Shown piece after piece: positions 1-7,760 of a stretch of 32,000 nucleotides of DNA (the stretch's first letter is position 1; each line of letters opens with the position of its first letter). The notes under the pieces are model-generated. The model worked only from the letters and a program-made list of their open reading frames with translations. It ran no database searches and was not told the origin of the DNA. Source of the DNA: Nostoc sp. PCC 7120 = FACHB-418. Its GTDB lineage: Bacteria; Cyanobacteriota; Cyanobacteriia; Cyanobacteriales; Nostocaceae. The DNA is taken from the NCBI RefSeq assembly GCF_000009705.1, contig NC_003272.1, positions 1,830,001-1,862,000 on the forward strand. Direction: 5' to 3'. A program made the translations under genes and the position numbers.

Positions 1-1683
1 TTTTATCTCGCTTATTCTCAAGTTTTTCGCTTTTTTGAGAACGGACGCAAGGTAGTTTTACTCACAGCAACACCAGAACCAGCTTGTGAATTAGCATTGC
101 AGAATTTAAAACAAGCTGGTGTGAAGATAGCAAGAATTGATGGAGAAGCTGGTAATACTAGTTTTTTACCGTCACAAACAGCAGTTAATCTAGAATTAAG
201 ACCAAAACCAGATATTAAGGAAGAGTGGTTAGCAGAGTTAGCAGCAGAAGTTATACAACGTTTTCGAGAAAGACCTGATGAAAATGGTGCTGTAATTCTT
301 GACTCTCTTGATAATATTAATCGTTTATCAGATTTACTACGACAGCAAGGACTTGGTGATGACATCGGACGCATTACAGGCCCTGCACCCAAAAAAGATA
401 GAGAAAGGGCTATGCAGTGTCAAATTATTTTGGCTACTAGCACTGTAGATGTAGGGTTTAACTTTGAAAGACACCCTAAACCGAAACGGCAAAATTTAGA
501 TTGGTTGATTTTTTCAGCACGCGATCGCGCCGCATTTTGGCAGAGAATTGGTAGAGTAGGGCGTGTTTTGGGTAAATCTGAAACTAATATTGATTCAGAA
601 GCCATTGCTTACTTACCTGCTAACGCCTGGGAAGAAGGTTTAACGTCTCTAGATACTACTGGGGGACGTACAGCGCTAAAAGATGTACTTGAAACACTTC
701 CTTGTTTGGATAAACCTTTTTTAAAAGCTTACTGGCGTTCAGAAGCATTTCTAGAAATTGCCCGTCCCTTATTAGAATTGGAAGAAATGCTTGAAGGTTT
801 AGCTGAGGAAAAATTAATTTTGGAGTTATTCAATACTCTAAAATCTATTTTTGAAGGAAACAGAACTTGGGATGATTATCGCTATAGAATGAAACTTTTA
901 CGAGGTGCTGAAACTATTGCCAAAAAAACGCCCAAAGAAATCAAAAAGGATTGGAAGTATATCAAAGGTGGTCAGGCTTTTGTCAGAACCTTTATCAAAG
1001 CCAAGTTTATTGAAGATTGGGAAGATTTACAATCCGGACGAGCCACCATAGAAGAATACATAAACTTATTGCTTAAACAAGATGACGATGTATTAGCTGA
1101 ATTAAAAGAATTTGCTGAAGTTTTTAGTATAAGTTATGCACCTTTATTTAGTTTTCGCTCTAGTCTGTTTGAAACTCTTTCCATTCGTGACCCTCATGGT
1201 TTGATTCTAGATGAATCGGAGGAAACAAGACTAGATACTTTTCACCTATTACGCTATTATGAATTTGTCCAAAATGGTGATTATATTGAAGTCGCCAGTC
1301 GTGCTAATGAAACTTATCAATTGAGTTTTGAATTACGCTACACCGATAACTGGCAAGAATTTATCAGTACAGAACTGAACAAACTAACAGCTTTTAAAAA
1401 TTGTCAAATTATCCGCAGTGCTGGAGGCGCAATAAGACCCACGCCCCTAATACAAGCTTTGAATAAGCATCTCTTACCAGGAGTAATTATTTGCCCAAGA
1501 ACAAATGCTACTGTTATTTTCCAATTGAACAAGCAAGGAATCACTTCTTATCCAATAACCATTGTTTGTAATGATATGGAAAAAGAATATAGATTATTTT
1601 CAGGCTTGTCAGGAATTTTAACAATAGCAATGAAGTTTAAACAGCTACGTCTGCCTGATGATGAAGTTTTTATTGCGGGATAA
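1..1683 (+). CDS. cas3: Cas3-type SF2 (DExD/H) helicase, 5'-truncated by the window edge
   Basis: Frame 1 is open from base 1, and the ORF-track start at 97 is only a TTG, so the gene begins upstream of the window. Helicase motif III-like VVLLTATPEP lies at nt 52-81, followed by motif V-like ILATSTVDVGFNF and motif VI QRIGRVGR at nt 541-564. A long C-terminal extension follows. Co-oriented with cas6-cas4-cas1-cas2. Subtype (I-D Cas3' versus other) cannot be decided from this fragment. Confidence 0.55.
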   Translation, partial: FYLAYSQVFRFFENGRKVVLLTATPEPACELALQNLKQAGVKIARIDGEAGNTSFLPSQTAVNLELRPKPDIKEEWLAELAAEVIQRFRERPDENGAVILDSLDNINRLSDLLRQQGLGDDIGRITGPAPKKDRERAMQCQIILATSTVDVGFNFERHPKPKRQNLDWLIFSARDRAAFWQRIGRVGRVLGKSETNIDSEAIAYLPANAWEEGLTSLDTTGGRTALKDVLETLPCLDKPFLKAYWRSEAFLEIARPLLELEEMLEGLAEEKLILELFNTLKSIFEGNRTWDDYRYRMKLLRGAETIAKKTPKEIKKDWKYIKGGQAFVRTFIKAKFIEDWEDLQSGRATIEEYINLLLKQDDDVLAELKEFAEVFSISYAPLFSFRSSLFETLSIRDPHGLILDESEETRLDTFHLLRYYEFVQNGDYIEVASRANETYQLSFELRYTDNWQEFISTELNKLTAFKNCQIIRSAGGAIRPTPLIQALNKHLLPGVIICPRTNATVIFQLNKQGITSYPITIVCNDMEKEYRLFSGLSGILTIAMKFKQLRLPDDEVFIAG

Positions 1684-1759
1684 GTAATTCAACTCTAGTA
1701 CCATTGGTGCGAGAATTTGTTGAACATCAATTTATAAGTATATTTCCCTCTCATCCTCC

Positions 1760-2377
1760 GTGAAACACTATCAACAACAAGCAAACGCCTTCCCTGGCGA
1801 CTACCTGAACAACTTGTGGGGAGAAATCCACGCTTGTCCTTACTTTGCAGTCAACAACCTTAACCGCGATTTTGTGGGAACAAAAGGCTTTTCTGTGGTG
1901 TTTAGGCGATCGCATATCTCCACAGTAGAACAAAAATTCCCCTACTTCAAACCCTATCTAGACTTGGCTCTCCATGCCAATTGTAACGCTTTTTACCTCA
2001 ACCCCTTACTCCTCAAAGAAGGTTCCCGCGTTGATCCACATATAGATCGTTCTCTGCGTTCCTACTGCAAAACCATAGAACCGCCTATGTTTGTCAGCGT
2101 CCTATATGTGCGTGTACCGGAAAATATGGACGGGGGAGAACTGGTACTCAAATCCCACAAACGTCAACTAGGGCAAATTAAACCACAAATGAACACCTTA
2201 CTTTACTTTCAAGGTGATTTAACCCATTCTGTTAACGCTGTGAAAACGCCAGGAAATCGTTTGAGTTTGGTTTGTGAACAGTATAGTTTAAGTGAGGAAG
2301 AACTCGCAGATATTCCAGAATTTACCATTGAATCCAGAGTTGCTCAAGCTACCACTAAAAAACGTAAGTCAGCTTAA
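1760..2377 (+). CDS. 2OG-Fe(II) oxygenase superfamily protein (prolyl-hydroxylase-like fold)
   Basis: GTG start. Facial-triad pattern H-x-D (DPHIDRS), GGEL, second His (LTHSV) and R-x-S (NRLSLV) occur in the canonical order and spacing of 2OG-Fe(II) dioxygenases. Sits 76 bp after the helicase stop and 29 bp before cas6, on the same strand. Confidence 0.65.
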   Translation: MKHYQQQANAFPGDYLNNLWGEIHACPYFAVNNLNRDFVGTKGFSVVFRRSHISTVEQKFPYFKPYLDLALHANCNAFYLNPLLLKEGSRVDPHIDRSLRSYCKTIEPPMFVSVLYVRVPENMDGGELVLKSHKRQLGQIKPQMNTLLYFQGDLTHSVNAVKTPGNRLSLVCEQYSLSEEELADIPEFTIESRVAQATTKKRKSA

Positions 2378-2401
2378 TTTTGAATTTTGAATTTTGAATT
2401 G
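2376..2401. repeat. Heptamer tandem repeat (AATTTTG) x3.6
   Basis: aattttg aattttg aattttg aattg read directly. It overlaps the stop codon of the oxygenase gene and fills the spacer before cas6. Confidence 0.9.
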
Positions 2402-2406
2402 TTAAA

Positions 2407-3279
2407 ATGCCTCATAGCTTAGTTTTAAACCTGCTTCCCCAATCTCCCATTCCTCCGCAATATCTCACCGGTAGACATTTACACGCCTTATTTCTCACCC
2501 TTGTTAGTTCTGTTGATAGCACATTAGGCGATCGCTTGCACGACTCCACCGCCGATAAAGCCTTCACCCTTTCCCCCTTGCAAATTCAGGGAGAGGAACG
2601 GGGTAGATATAAATCGAAAATCCCTAATAGCTACTCGTTGCAATACTTGCATCAGCAAGCCATCCCCGCCGGAACGCCTTGTTGGTGGCGCATATCTTTA
2701 CTTGATGACACCTTATTTAGCCAACTAACGCAACTATGGCTCAATCTTAACCCTAACCATCCTTGGCATCTCGGCCCGGCTAACTTGTATATTACCAGCA
2801 TTCAAGGCACGCCCCAGTCTACCCAACCTTGGGCAAATGCTATTACCTATACTCAATTATATGAGCAAGCTGGTGAGAATAATGACCTGCGATCGCTCGG
2901 CAACAATCACACGCTAAATTTTACCTTCACCACACCCACCGCCTTCCGCCAGGGAAAATTTGACACTACCCTTCCCACTAGAGAATGTGTATTTAACTCC
3001 CTCCTTTCCCGATGGAATAAATACAGTGGTATAGAATTTTCTGAAATTGCTCTTGAAGCAATATTTCCCTCATTTCTCAATATTCATACAGAAATATTAG
3101 CCGATTCTCGTAGTAAATTTATTGGCATTCTTGGAGAAATCAACTATCGGATTTTAGGTGATATAGAGCCAATCCAAATTAAGCAAATCAACGCCTTAGC
3201 TGACTTCGCTATGTATGCAGGGGTAGGGCGTAAAACCACAATGGGAATGGGCATGATTCGGCGGTTGTATTCTTCATGA
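2407..3279 (+). CDS. cas6: Cas6 CRISPR repeat endoribonuclease
   Basis: C-terminal glycine-rich loop GVGRKTTMGMGMI (GxGxxxxxGxG type). N-terminal LHALFLTLV ... KAFTLSPL is typical of Cas6. Position is upstream of cas4-cas1-cas2. Confidence 0.8.
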   Translation: MPHSLVLNLLPQSPIPPQYLTGRHLHALFLTLVSSVDSTLGDRLHDSTADKAFTLSPLQIQGEERGRYKSKIPNSYSLQYLHQQAIPAGTPCWWRISLLDDTLFSQLTQLWLNLNPNHPWHLGPANLYITSIQGTPQSTQPWANAITYTQLYEQAGENNDLRSLGNNHTLNFTFTTPTAFRQGKFDTTLPTRECVFNSLLSRWNKYSGIEFSEIALEAIFPSFLNIHTEILADSRSKFIGILGEINYRILGDIEPIQIKQINALADFAMYAGVGRKTTMGMGMIRRLYSS

Positions 3280-3316
3280 TAGAAGAGATGAAGAGGCAGA
3301 TCATGACTATTATAGC

Positions 3317-3346
3317 TGTTGACGGTTGACTGTTGACAGTTGACAG
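3317..3346. repeat. STRR-type heptamer tandem repeat (NGTTGAC x4)
   Basis: tgttgac ggttgac tgttgac agttgac ag. The reverse complement GTCAACA is a rotation of the STRR3 unit CAACAGT described for heterocystous cyanobacteria. Confidence 0.8.
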
Positions 3347-3469
3347 ACTTGTGTTGTCAGCGTTTGATCTTAGCTTGATGTCCTAATCTATCTGGCTACG
3401 GCTATAACTACGAAATATTGTGTACAGACTTTGCACCGCAATTTCTGCAATAACCAATAACTAAAAACT

Positions 3470-4060
3470 ATGAACATTGAATACATTCCTATTGCGGCAT
3501 TAAATCAATATGCCTATTGTTCCCATCGCTGTTGGCGGATGTTTTGTGCAGGCGAATTTATTGATAATCAATACACCATCGAAGGCACAACTTTACATGA
3601 TCGCGTCCACACTACCAGCGAAAATCAGCGAGAAGAAACTTGGCAAGTCCGAGCAATTTGGTTGAAGTCAGACAAGTATCAACTCATTGGTAAATCTGAC
3701 TTAATTGAATCAGCAGATGGTCAATTTTATCCTGTGGAATATAAACGCGGACGTAAAGGCGAATGGGATAATGATGAATTACAAGTCTGCGCTCAAGCTT
3801 TATGTTTAGAAGAGATGACAGGGCAAACTATTACGACTGGATATATCTATTATGCTCACTCTCACCAAAGGCAATTAGTAGAGATAAATCAGGAGTTAAG
3901 AAAAAGTGCGATCGCTACAATTCAAGCAGTCACAAATTTACTCACCACAGGCATAATGCCCATACCAAATTATAGCAAACGCTGTCAAGGATGCAGTCTG
4001 AATTTACAATGTTTACCCAAGGCTATTGATAGGGTTAAAACTTACCAAGAAGTTAGTTAA
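3470..4060 (+). CDS. cas4: Cas4 RecB-like exonuclease with 4-Cys cluster
   Basis: N-terminal YAYCSHRCW cysteine, nuclease core SDLIE ... PVEYKRGRK (D-E-K), and C-terminal CQGCSLNLQC cysteines. Size is 196 aa. Confidence 0.85.
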   Translation: MNIEYIPIAALNQYAYCSHRCWRMFCAGEFIDNQYTIEGTTLHDRVHTTSENQREETWQVRAIWLKSDKYQLIGKSDLIESADGQFYPVEYKRGRKGEWDNDELQVCAQALCLEEMTGQTITTGYIYYAHSHQRQLVEINQELRKSAIATIQAVTNLLTTGIMPIPNYSKRCQGCSLNLQCLPKAIDRVKTYQEVS

Positions 4061-4078
4061 CTTAGGCGTAATTTTAAA

Positions 4079-4122
4079 CGCAGAGGGGCGCGGAGATAAG
4101 CGCAGAGGAGCGCTGAGATTCA
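4079..4122. repeat. Two tandem copies of a 22-nt GC-rich unit (CGCAGAGG...)
   Basis: cgcagaggggcgcggagataag / cgcagaggagcgctgagattca match at 17 of 22 positions. Located in the cas4-cas1 spacer. Confidence 0.6.
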
Positions 4123-4183
4123 GGTTCTAGTTAATAATATTTTGTACTGATGAATAATCTTTACATCTATTGTAGGTGAAATC

Positions 4184-5185
4184 ATGGGAACTGTTTACGT
4201 TACACAAGATGATTCATTTATTAGTAAAGTTGATGAACGTCTGAATGTTAAATTTGAAAAAAAGGTAATTTTAGATGTACCTTTAATTAAAGTTGATGGG
4301 TTAGTTGTGATGGGACGGGCTAGTATTTCCCCTGCGGCTATTTTTGAACTCATTGACAAAAAAATTCCCCTCACATTTCTTACTAATAACGGTAAATATC
4401 TTGCGAGTTTAGAGCCAGAAATGGGTAAAAATATTTTCGTCCGTGCTGCTCAATGGAAAGCAGCTGGAGAGTCAGAGCAAGCAATTCATGTTACCCAAGG
4501 TTTCATTAGAGGTAAACTGAAAAATTACCGCCATACTTTACTAGAAGCACAGCGCAGATATGAAGTTGATTTAAATAGTAACATCAGTCAATTATCCAAT
4601 GCGATCGCCTCCATAGACAAAGCCAATTCAATTAATACAATCAGAGGTTTAGAAGGTGCTGGTAGTGCTGCCTATTTTGGTTGCTTTAATCAATTAATTC
4701 GAGTTGATAATTTCAGCTTTCATACCCGCAACCGTCGCCCACCCATAGACCCAGTAAATTCACTCTTGAGTTTAGGATATTCTTTACTACGTCACGATGT
4801 TCAAGGAGCTTTAAATATCGTCGGTTTCGACCCCTATTTAGGATACCTGCATACAGAGCGATATGGTAGACCTTCTCTAGCATTAGACTTAATGGAAGAA
4901 TTTCGACCCTTAATAGTCGATGCTGTTGTTCTCACAGCAATTAATCGCCGGATGCTTTCACCAAAAGACTTTATTACTGAACCTATAAGCAATGCCGTTT
5001 CACTGACTAAAGAAGGGTTACATATTTTCTTGAGATTATATCAAGAAAAGAAACAAACCCAATTCAAGCATCCTGTTATGCAGAAAAAGTATACCTATCA
5101 AGAAACCTTTGAAATCCAAGCTAGACTCCTCGCTAAATACCTCCTGGGAGAACTAGATAAATACCCCCCTTTGGTCATGAGGTAG
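4184..5185 (+). CDS. cas1: Cas1 integrase
   Basis: 333 aa with Cas1 signatures GLEGAGSAAYF, RRPPIDPVNSLLSLGYSLL, GFDPYLGYLH and SLALDLMEEFRP. Confidence 0.9.
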   Translation: MGTVYVTQDDSFISKVDERLNVKFEKKVILDVPLIKVDGLVVMGRASISPAAIFELIDKKIPLTFLTNNGKYLASLEPEMGKNIFVRAAQWKAAGESEQAIHVTQGFIRGKLKNYRHTLLEAQRRYEVDLNSNISQLSNAIASIDKANSINTIRGLEGAGSAAYFGCFNQLIRVDNFSFHTRNRRPPIDPVNSLLSLGYSLLRHDVQGALNIVGFDPYLGYLHTERYGRPSLALDLMEEFRPLIVDAVVLTAINRRMLSPKDFITEPISNAVSLTKEGLHIFLRLYQEKKQTQFKHPVMQKKYTYQETFEIQARLLAKYLLGELDKYPPLVMR

Positions 5186-5191
5186 TTGATA

Positions 5192-5212
5192 AATTTTGAA
5201 TTTTGAATTTTG
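5192..5212. repeat. Heptamer tandem repeat (AATTTTG) x3, same unit as at 2376-2401
   Basis: aattttg aattttg aattttg directly after the cas1 stop. A further partial copy, tattttgaattg, lies near 5235-5246. Confidence 0.9.
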
Positions 5213-5258
5213 TAGCTTTAGCTTCCCGCAGGGTATTTTGAATTGATTCATGTATTTA

Positions 5259-6286
5259 ACGCGATGTGCGACTTATTGTTTCGTTACACAAGTTCGGTGT
5301 ATGAACGATTGAAAAGAAAATTCCCACAATCCGCACTGGAGCGAGAAAATCGTTACCAGTGAATGGAATGCGGGAAAAATGTTTTCTATTGAAGAGTTTA
5401 TCATTGCCGTATTTTGCTGTGTTGACGACGTGCTGATGGAAATCACCCAGATATACCCAATCAAGAGACGAGGTTTTGCTCCGAGTTTAAGGGAGAGTGA
5501 AGTTTTAACAATGGAAGTAGTGGCAGAGTTTTTGGGAATAGATGCTGACAAAGACATTTGGAAATACTTTCACCGTCACTGGTTAGGGCTATTTCCTCAG
5601 TTAAAGAGTCGCTATGCTTTTATTCGTCAAGCAGCTAATTGTTGGCAGTACAAGGAACTCATACAACAAAAATTAGCACAGTATTTAGGAGCATACTCTG
5701 ATCAACTTCATTTGATTGATGGATTACCAATACCTTTGTGTGGCTTGAGTCGCGCTCCCAACTGCCGAAGTTTTAAATCCCTTGCAGATTATGGTTTTTG
5801 TGCTGCTAAAAAACAGACGTACTATGGGTTTCATGGGCATTTAATCGTTAGTGGCACAGGAGTTATTAGTGGATTTACCCTGACTCCGGCAAATGGCAGT
5901 GAACGGGACGCACTTTGGGATTTAATCACGCGAATTAAAGGTTTATTAATCGGAGATAAGGGCTATTTAAGTCAGTTCTTGTCAGGAGAACTTAAAGAAG
6001 TGGGTATTACTTTACAAACCCCTTTGCGTTCTAATATGTCTGACTCTCGTAGCCGATCTTCAGTGCGATTAATGCAACGCTTTCGTCGCCTAATTGAAAC
6101 AGTAATTGGTCAATTAGTTGAGAGATTTCATATAGAGAAGATTCGAGCGAGAGATATGTGGCATCTTACCAGTCGTCTCAATCGCAAGATTTTAGCTCAT
6201 ACCGTCTGTTTCTGGCTTAATCGCCACAATTGTGACCCTCTTCAGTTCGACGATCTTGTTACAGAATATTAAGTCGCACATGGCGT
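5259..6286 (+). mobile_element. IS982-family-like insertion sequence (1028 bp)
   Basis: Terminal inverted repeats ACGCGATGTGCGACTTA (5259-5275) and the reverse complement of 6270-6286, ACGCCATGTGCGACTTA, match at 16 of 17 positions. Flanked by a 6-bp direct duplication TATTTA (5253-5258 and 6287-6292). Carries a single transposase ORF whose stop codon lies inside the right IR. Confidence 0.8.
5379..6272 (+). CDS. DDE transposase, IS982-family-like
   Basis: 297 aa. The pattern LIDGLPIPLC ... AAKKQTYYGFHGHLIV ... TLTPANGSERD ... LIGDKGY ... LQTPLRSNM ... RRLIETVIGQL matches my recollection of IS982 transposases. Element length and IR/DR sizes are consistent. Confidence 0.65.
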   Translation: MFSIEEFIIAVFCCVDDVLMEITQIYPIKRRGFAPSLRESEVLTMEVVAEFLGIDADKDIWKYFHRHWLGLFPQLKSRYAFIRQAANCWQYKELIQQKLAQYLGAYSDQLHLIDGLPIPLCGLSRAPNCRSFKSLADYGFCAAKKQTYYGFHGHLIVSGTGVISGFTLTPANGSERDALWDLITRIKGLLIGDKGYLSQFLSGELKEVGITLQTPLRSNMSDSRSRSSVRLMQRFRRLIETVIGQLVERFHIEKIRARDMWHLTSRLNRKILAHTVCFWLNRHNCDPLQFDDLVTEY

Positions 6287-6556
6287 TATTTAGTAATTTC
6301 CTACGATGTACCAGAAGATAAACGCCGTACTAAAATTCACAAAGTTCTCAAATCTTACGGACAGTGGATGCAGTATTCCGTTTTTGAATGTGACCTGACA
6401 CCTACTCAGTATGCTAAACTGCGATCGCGTCTAGCCAAACTCATCAAACCAGACCAAGACAGCATCCGTTTTTATCACCTCTGTGCTTGCTGTCAAGGAA
6501 AAGTTGAGCGCATTGGCGGCGAAATGCCAATAGACACCACCGTATTTTTTGCTTAA

Positions 6557-6812
6557 CTTGTGCGTCAACCTATAGGTGTTGGGCAAACACACTGAAATTT
6601 ATCGTCCCAAACCCTTCCCACTCATGCTTTTGAACCCTCCAACACCACAATTGAGGTTGACGCAAACACCCCAAACCCTCACCATAAATACTTTTGCACC
6701 AATTTTCTCCAATTCACTCTTGACAACTCAGCTTCCGAAAAGCTACCTTAATCTGAGATTGACGAAACAGAACCTTGAAAACCAAATACAGCAAGCTTTC
6801 CACACCTGGGCG
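6557..6812 (+). promoter_or_regulatory. CRISPR leader
   Basis: 256-bp non-coding stretch between the cas2 stop and the first repeat. Candidate promoter: TTGACA (6720-6725), an 18-nt spacer, then TACCTT (6744-6749), about 60 nt upstream of repeat 1. The promoter hexamers are weak evidence on their own. Confidence 0.55.
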
Positions 6813-7723
6813 GTTTCTATTAACACAAATCCCTATCAGGGATTGAAACAATTTTCTCTGGTAAAACAAACTTTTCTTTGATGCGAGTTTCTATTAACAC
6901 AAATCCCTATCAGGGATTGAAACTTCGGCGGGCAATCTTAAAATACCCTGACCTGAAAGTTTCTATTAACACAAATCCCTATCAGGGATTGAAACGGCAG
7001 CACAATACTTATCACGGGCTAAATTCTGGTTTCTATTAACACAAATCCCTATCAGGGATTGAAACCTTTGGCTAATGCCTGCCAAGCTAATGGAAGTTAC
7101 GTTTCTATTAACACAAATCCCTATCAGGGATTGAAACCTATCTTCAGCGTATTGTAAAGCTTGCTTTAATTGGTTTCTATTAACACAAATCCCTATCAGG
7201 GATTGAAACTCTACACTGACCAATGTTGAAAGTATCAAGACAGGGTTTCTATTAACACAAATCCCTATCAGGGATTGAAACAAATGACAACTATTATTCA
7301 ATAACAACGATGCCAAAGTATGGTTTCTATTAACACAAATCCCTATCAGGGATTGAAACAGCTATTGCACATTTACAAAAGCTCGGATATCAAGTTTCTA
7401 TTAACACAAATCCCTATCAGGGATTGAAACTCGAAATCCGGTGAGGATACCTTACTTTTAGCCCGTAAAGTTTCTATTAACACAAATCCCTATCAGGGAT
7501 TGAAACCGGATAATCCCTTACGGATGGATTCACAGATTTGTTTCTATTAACACAAATCCCTATCAGGGATTGAAACTGAAACTCAGTTCGTGCCTCATCA
7601 AATTTAATCAAATGTTTCTATTAACACAAATCCCTATCAGGGATTGAAACTTGTGCTGTTCCTGCTGAGTAGCTGGAATAAGCAGCGTTTCTATTAACAC
7701 AAATCCCTATCAGGGATTGAAAC
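6813..7723 (+). CRISPR. CRISPR array, 13 repeats of 37 bp and 12 spacers
   Basis: Repeat GTTTCTATTAACACAAATCCCTATCAGGGATTGAAAC starts at 6813, 6887, 6959, 7029, 7101, 7173, 7245, 7323, 7394, 7470, 7540, 7614 and 7687. All copies are identical by eye. Spacer lengths are 37, 35, 33, 35, 35, 35, 41, 34, 39, 33, 37 and 36 nt. There is an internal 5-bp stem, TCCCT-atc-AGGGA. The ATTGAAAC 3' end (the usual 8-nt crRNA handle for Cas6 systems) and the cas-proximal leader support + orientation. Confidence 0.97.
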
Positions 7724-7760
7724 ATCAGATGCGGTAAACTTAATTGTCAGATTTTCAGCT

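Larger units (their letters stand above)
5250..6556 (+). pseudogene. cas2: cas2 interrupted after codon 3 by an IS element
   Basis: ATG TAT TTA (5250-5258) is followed by the IS. After the IS, TAT TTA GTA ATT TCC TAC GAT... (from 6287) continues in the same reading frame as the 62-aa track ORF. Removing 5259-6292 (the IS plus one TSD copy) gives a 90-aa ORF, MYLVISYDVPEDKRRTKIHKVLKSYGQWMQYSVFEC..., a typical Cas2 N-terminus and length. Confidence 0.85.

Noticed and set aside
18-605. Minus-strand ORFs 18-392 and 420-605
   Set aside because: They are antisense to and fully inside the helicase gene, which has clear SF2 motifs. They have no motifs of their own.
5273-5557. 94-aa minus-strand ORF
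   Set aside because: It overlaps the IS left end and the transposase 5' region in antisense. The transposase frame has recognisable DDE-family features, so this ORF is taken as spurious.
6576-6881. 101-aa + strand ORF from the ORF track
   Set aside because: It spans the CRISPR leader and runs into repeat 1 and spacer 1. The sequence is low-complexity Pro/Thr/Gln-rich. It is an artefact of non-coding leader/array DNA.
6966-7316. 116-aa minus-strand ORF containing FQSLIGICVNRN four times
   Set aside because: The repeated peptide is simply the translated reverse complement of the CRISPR repeat. It is not a gene.
6850-7686. Possible self-targeting spacers (match of any spacer to another part of this window)
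   Set aside because: Reading the 12 spacers against the window by eye, I found no convincing match. This needs a computational search and cannot be claimed.
1-7723. Assigning the CRISPR-Cas locus to subtype I-D (or III)
   Set aside because: The signature effector genes (cas10d/csc or cas10/cmr/csm) are not in the window. The repeat 3' handle and the cas4-cas1-cas2 block are compatible with several subtypes.
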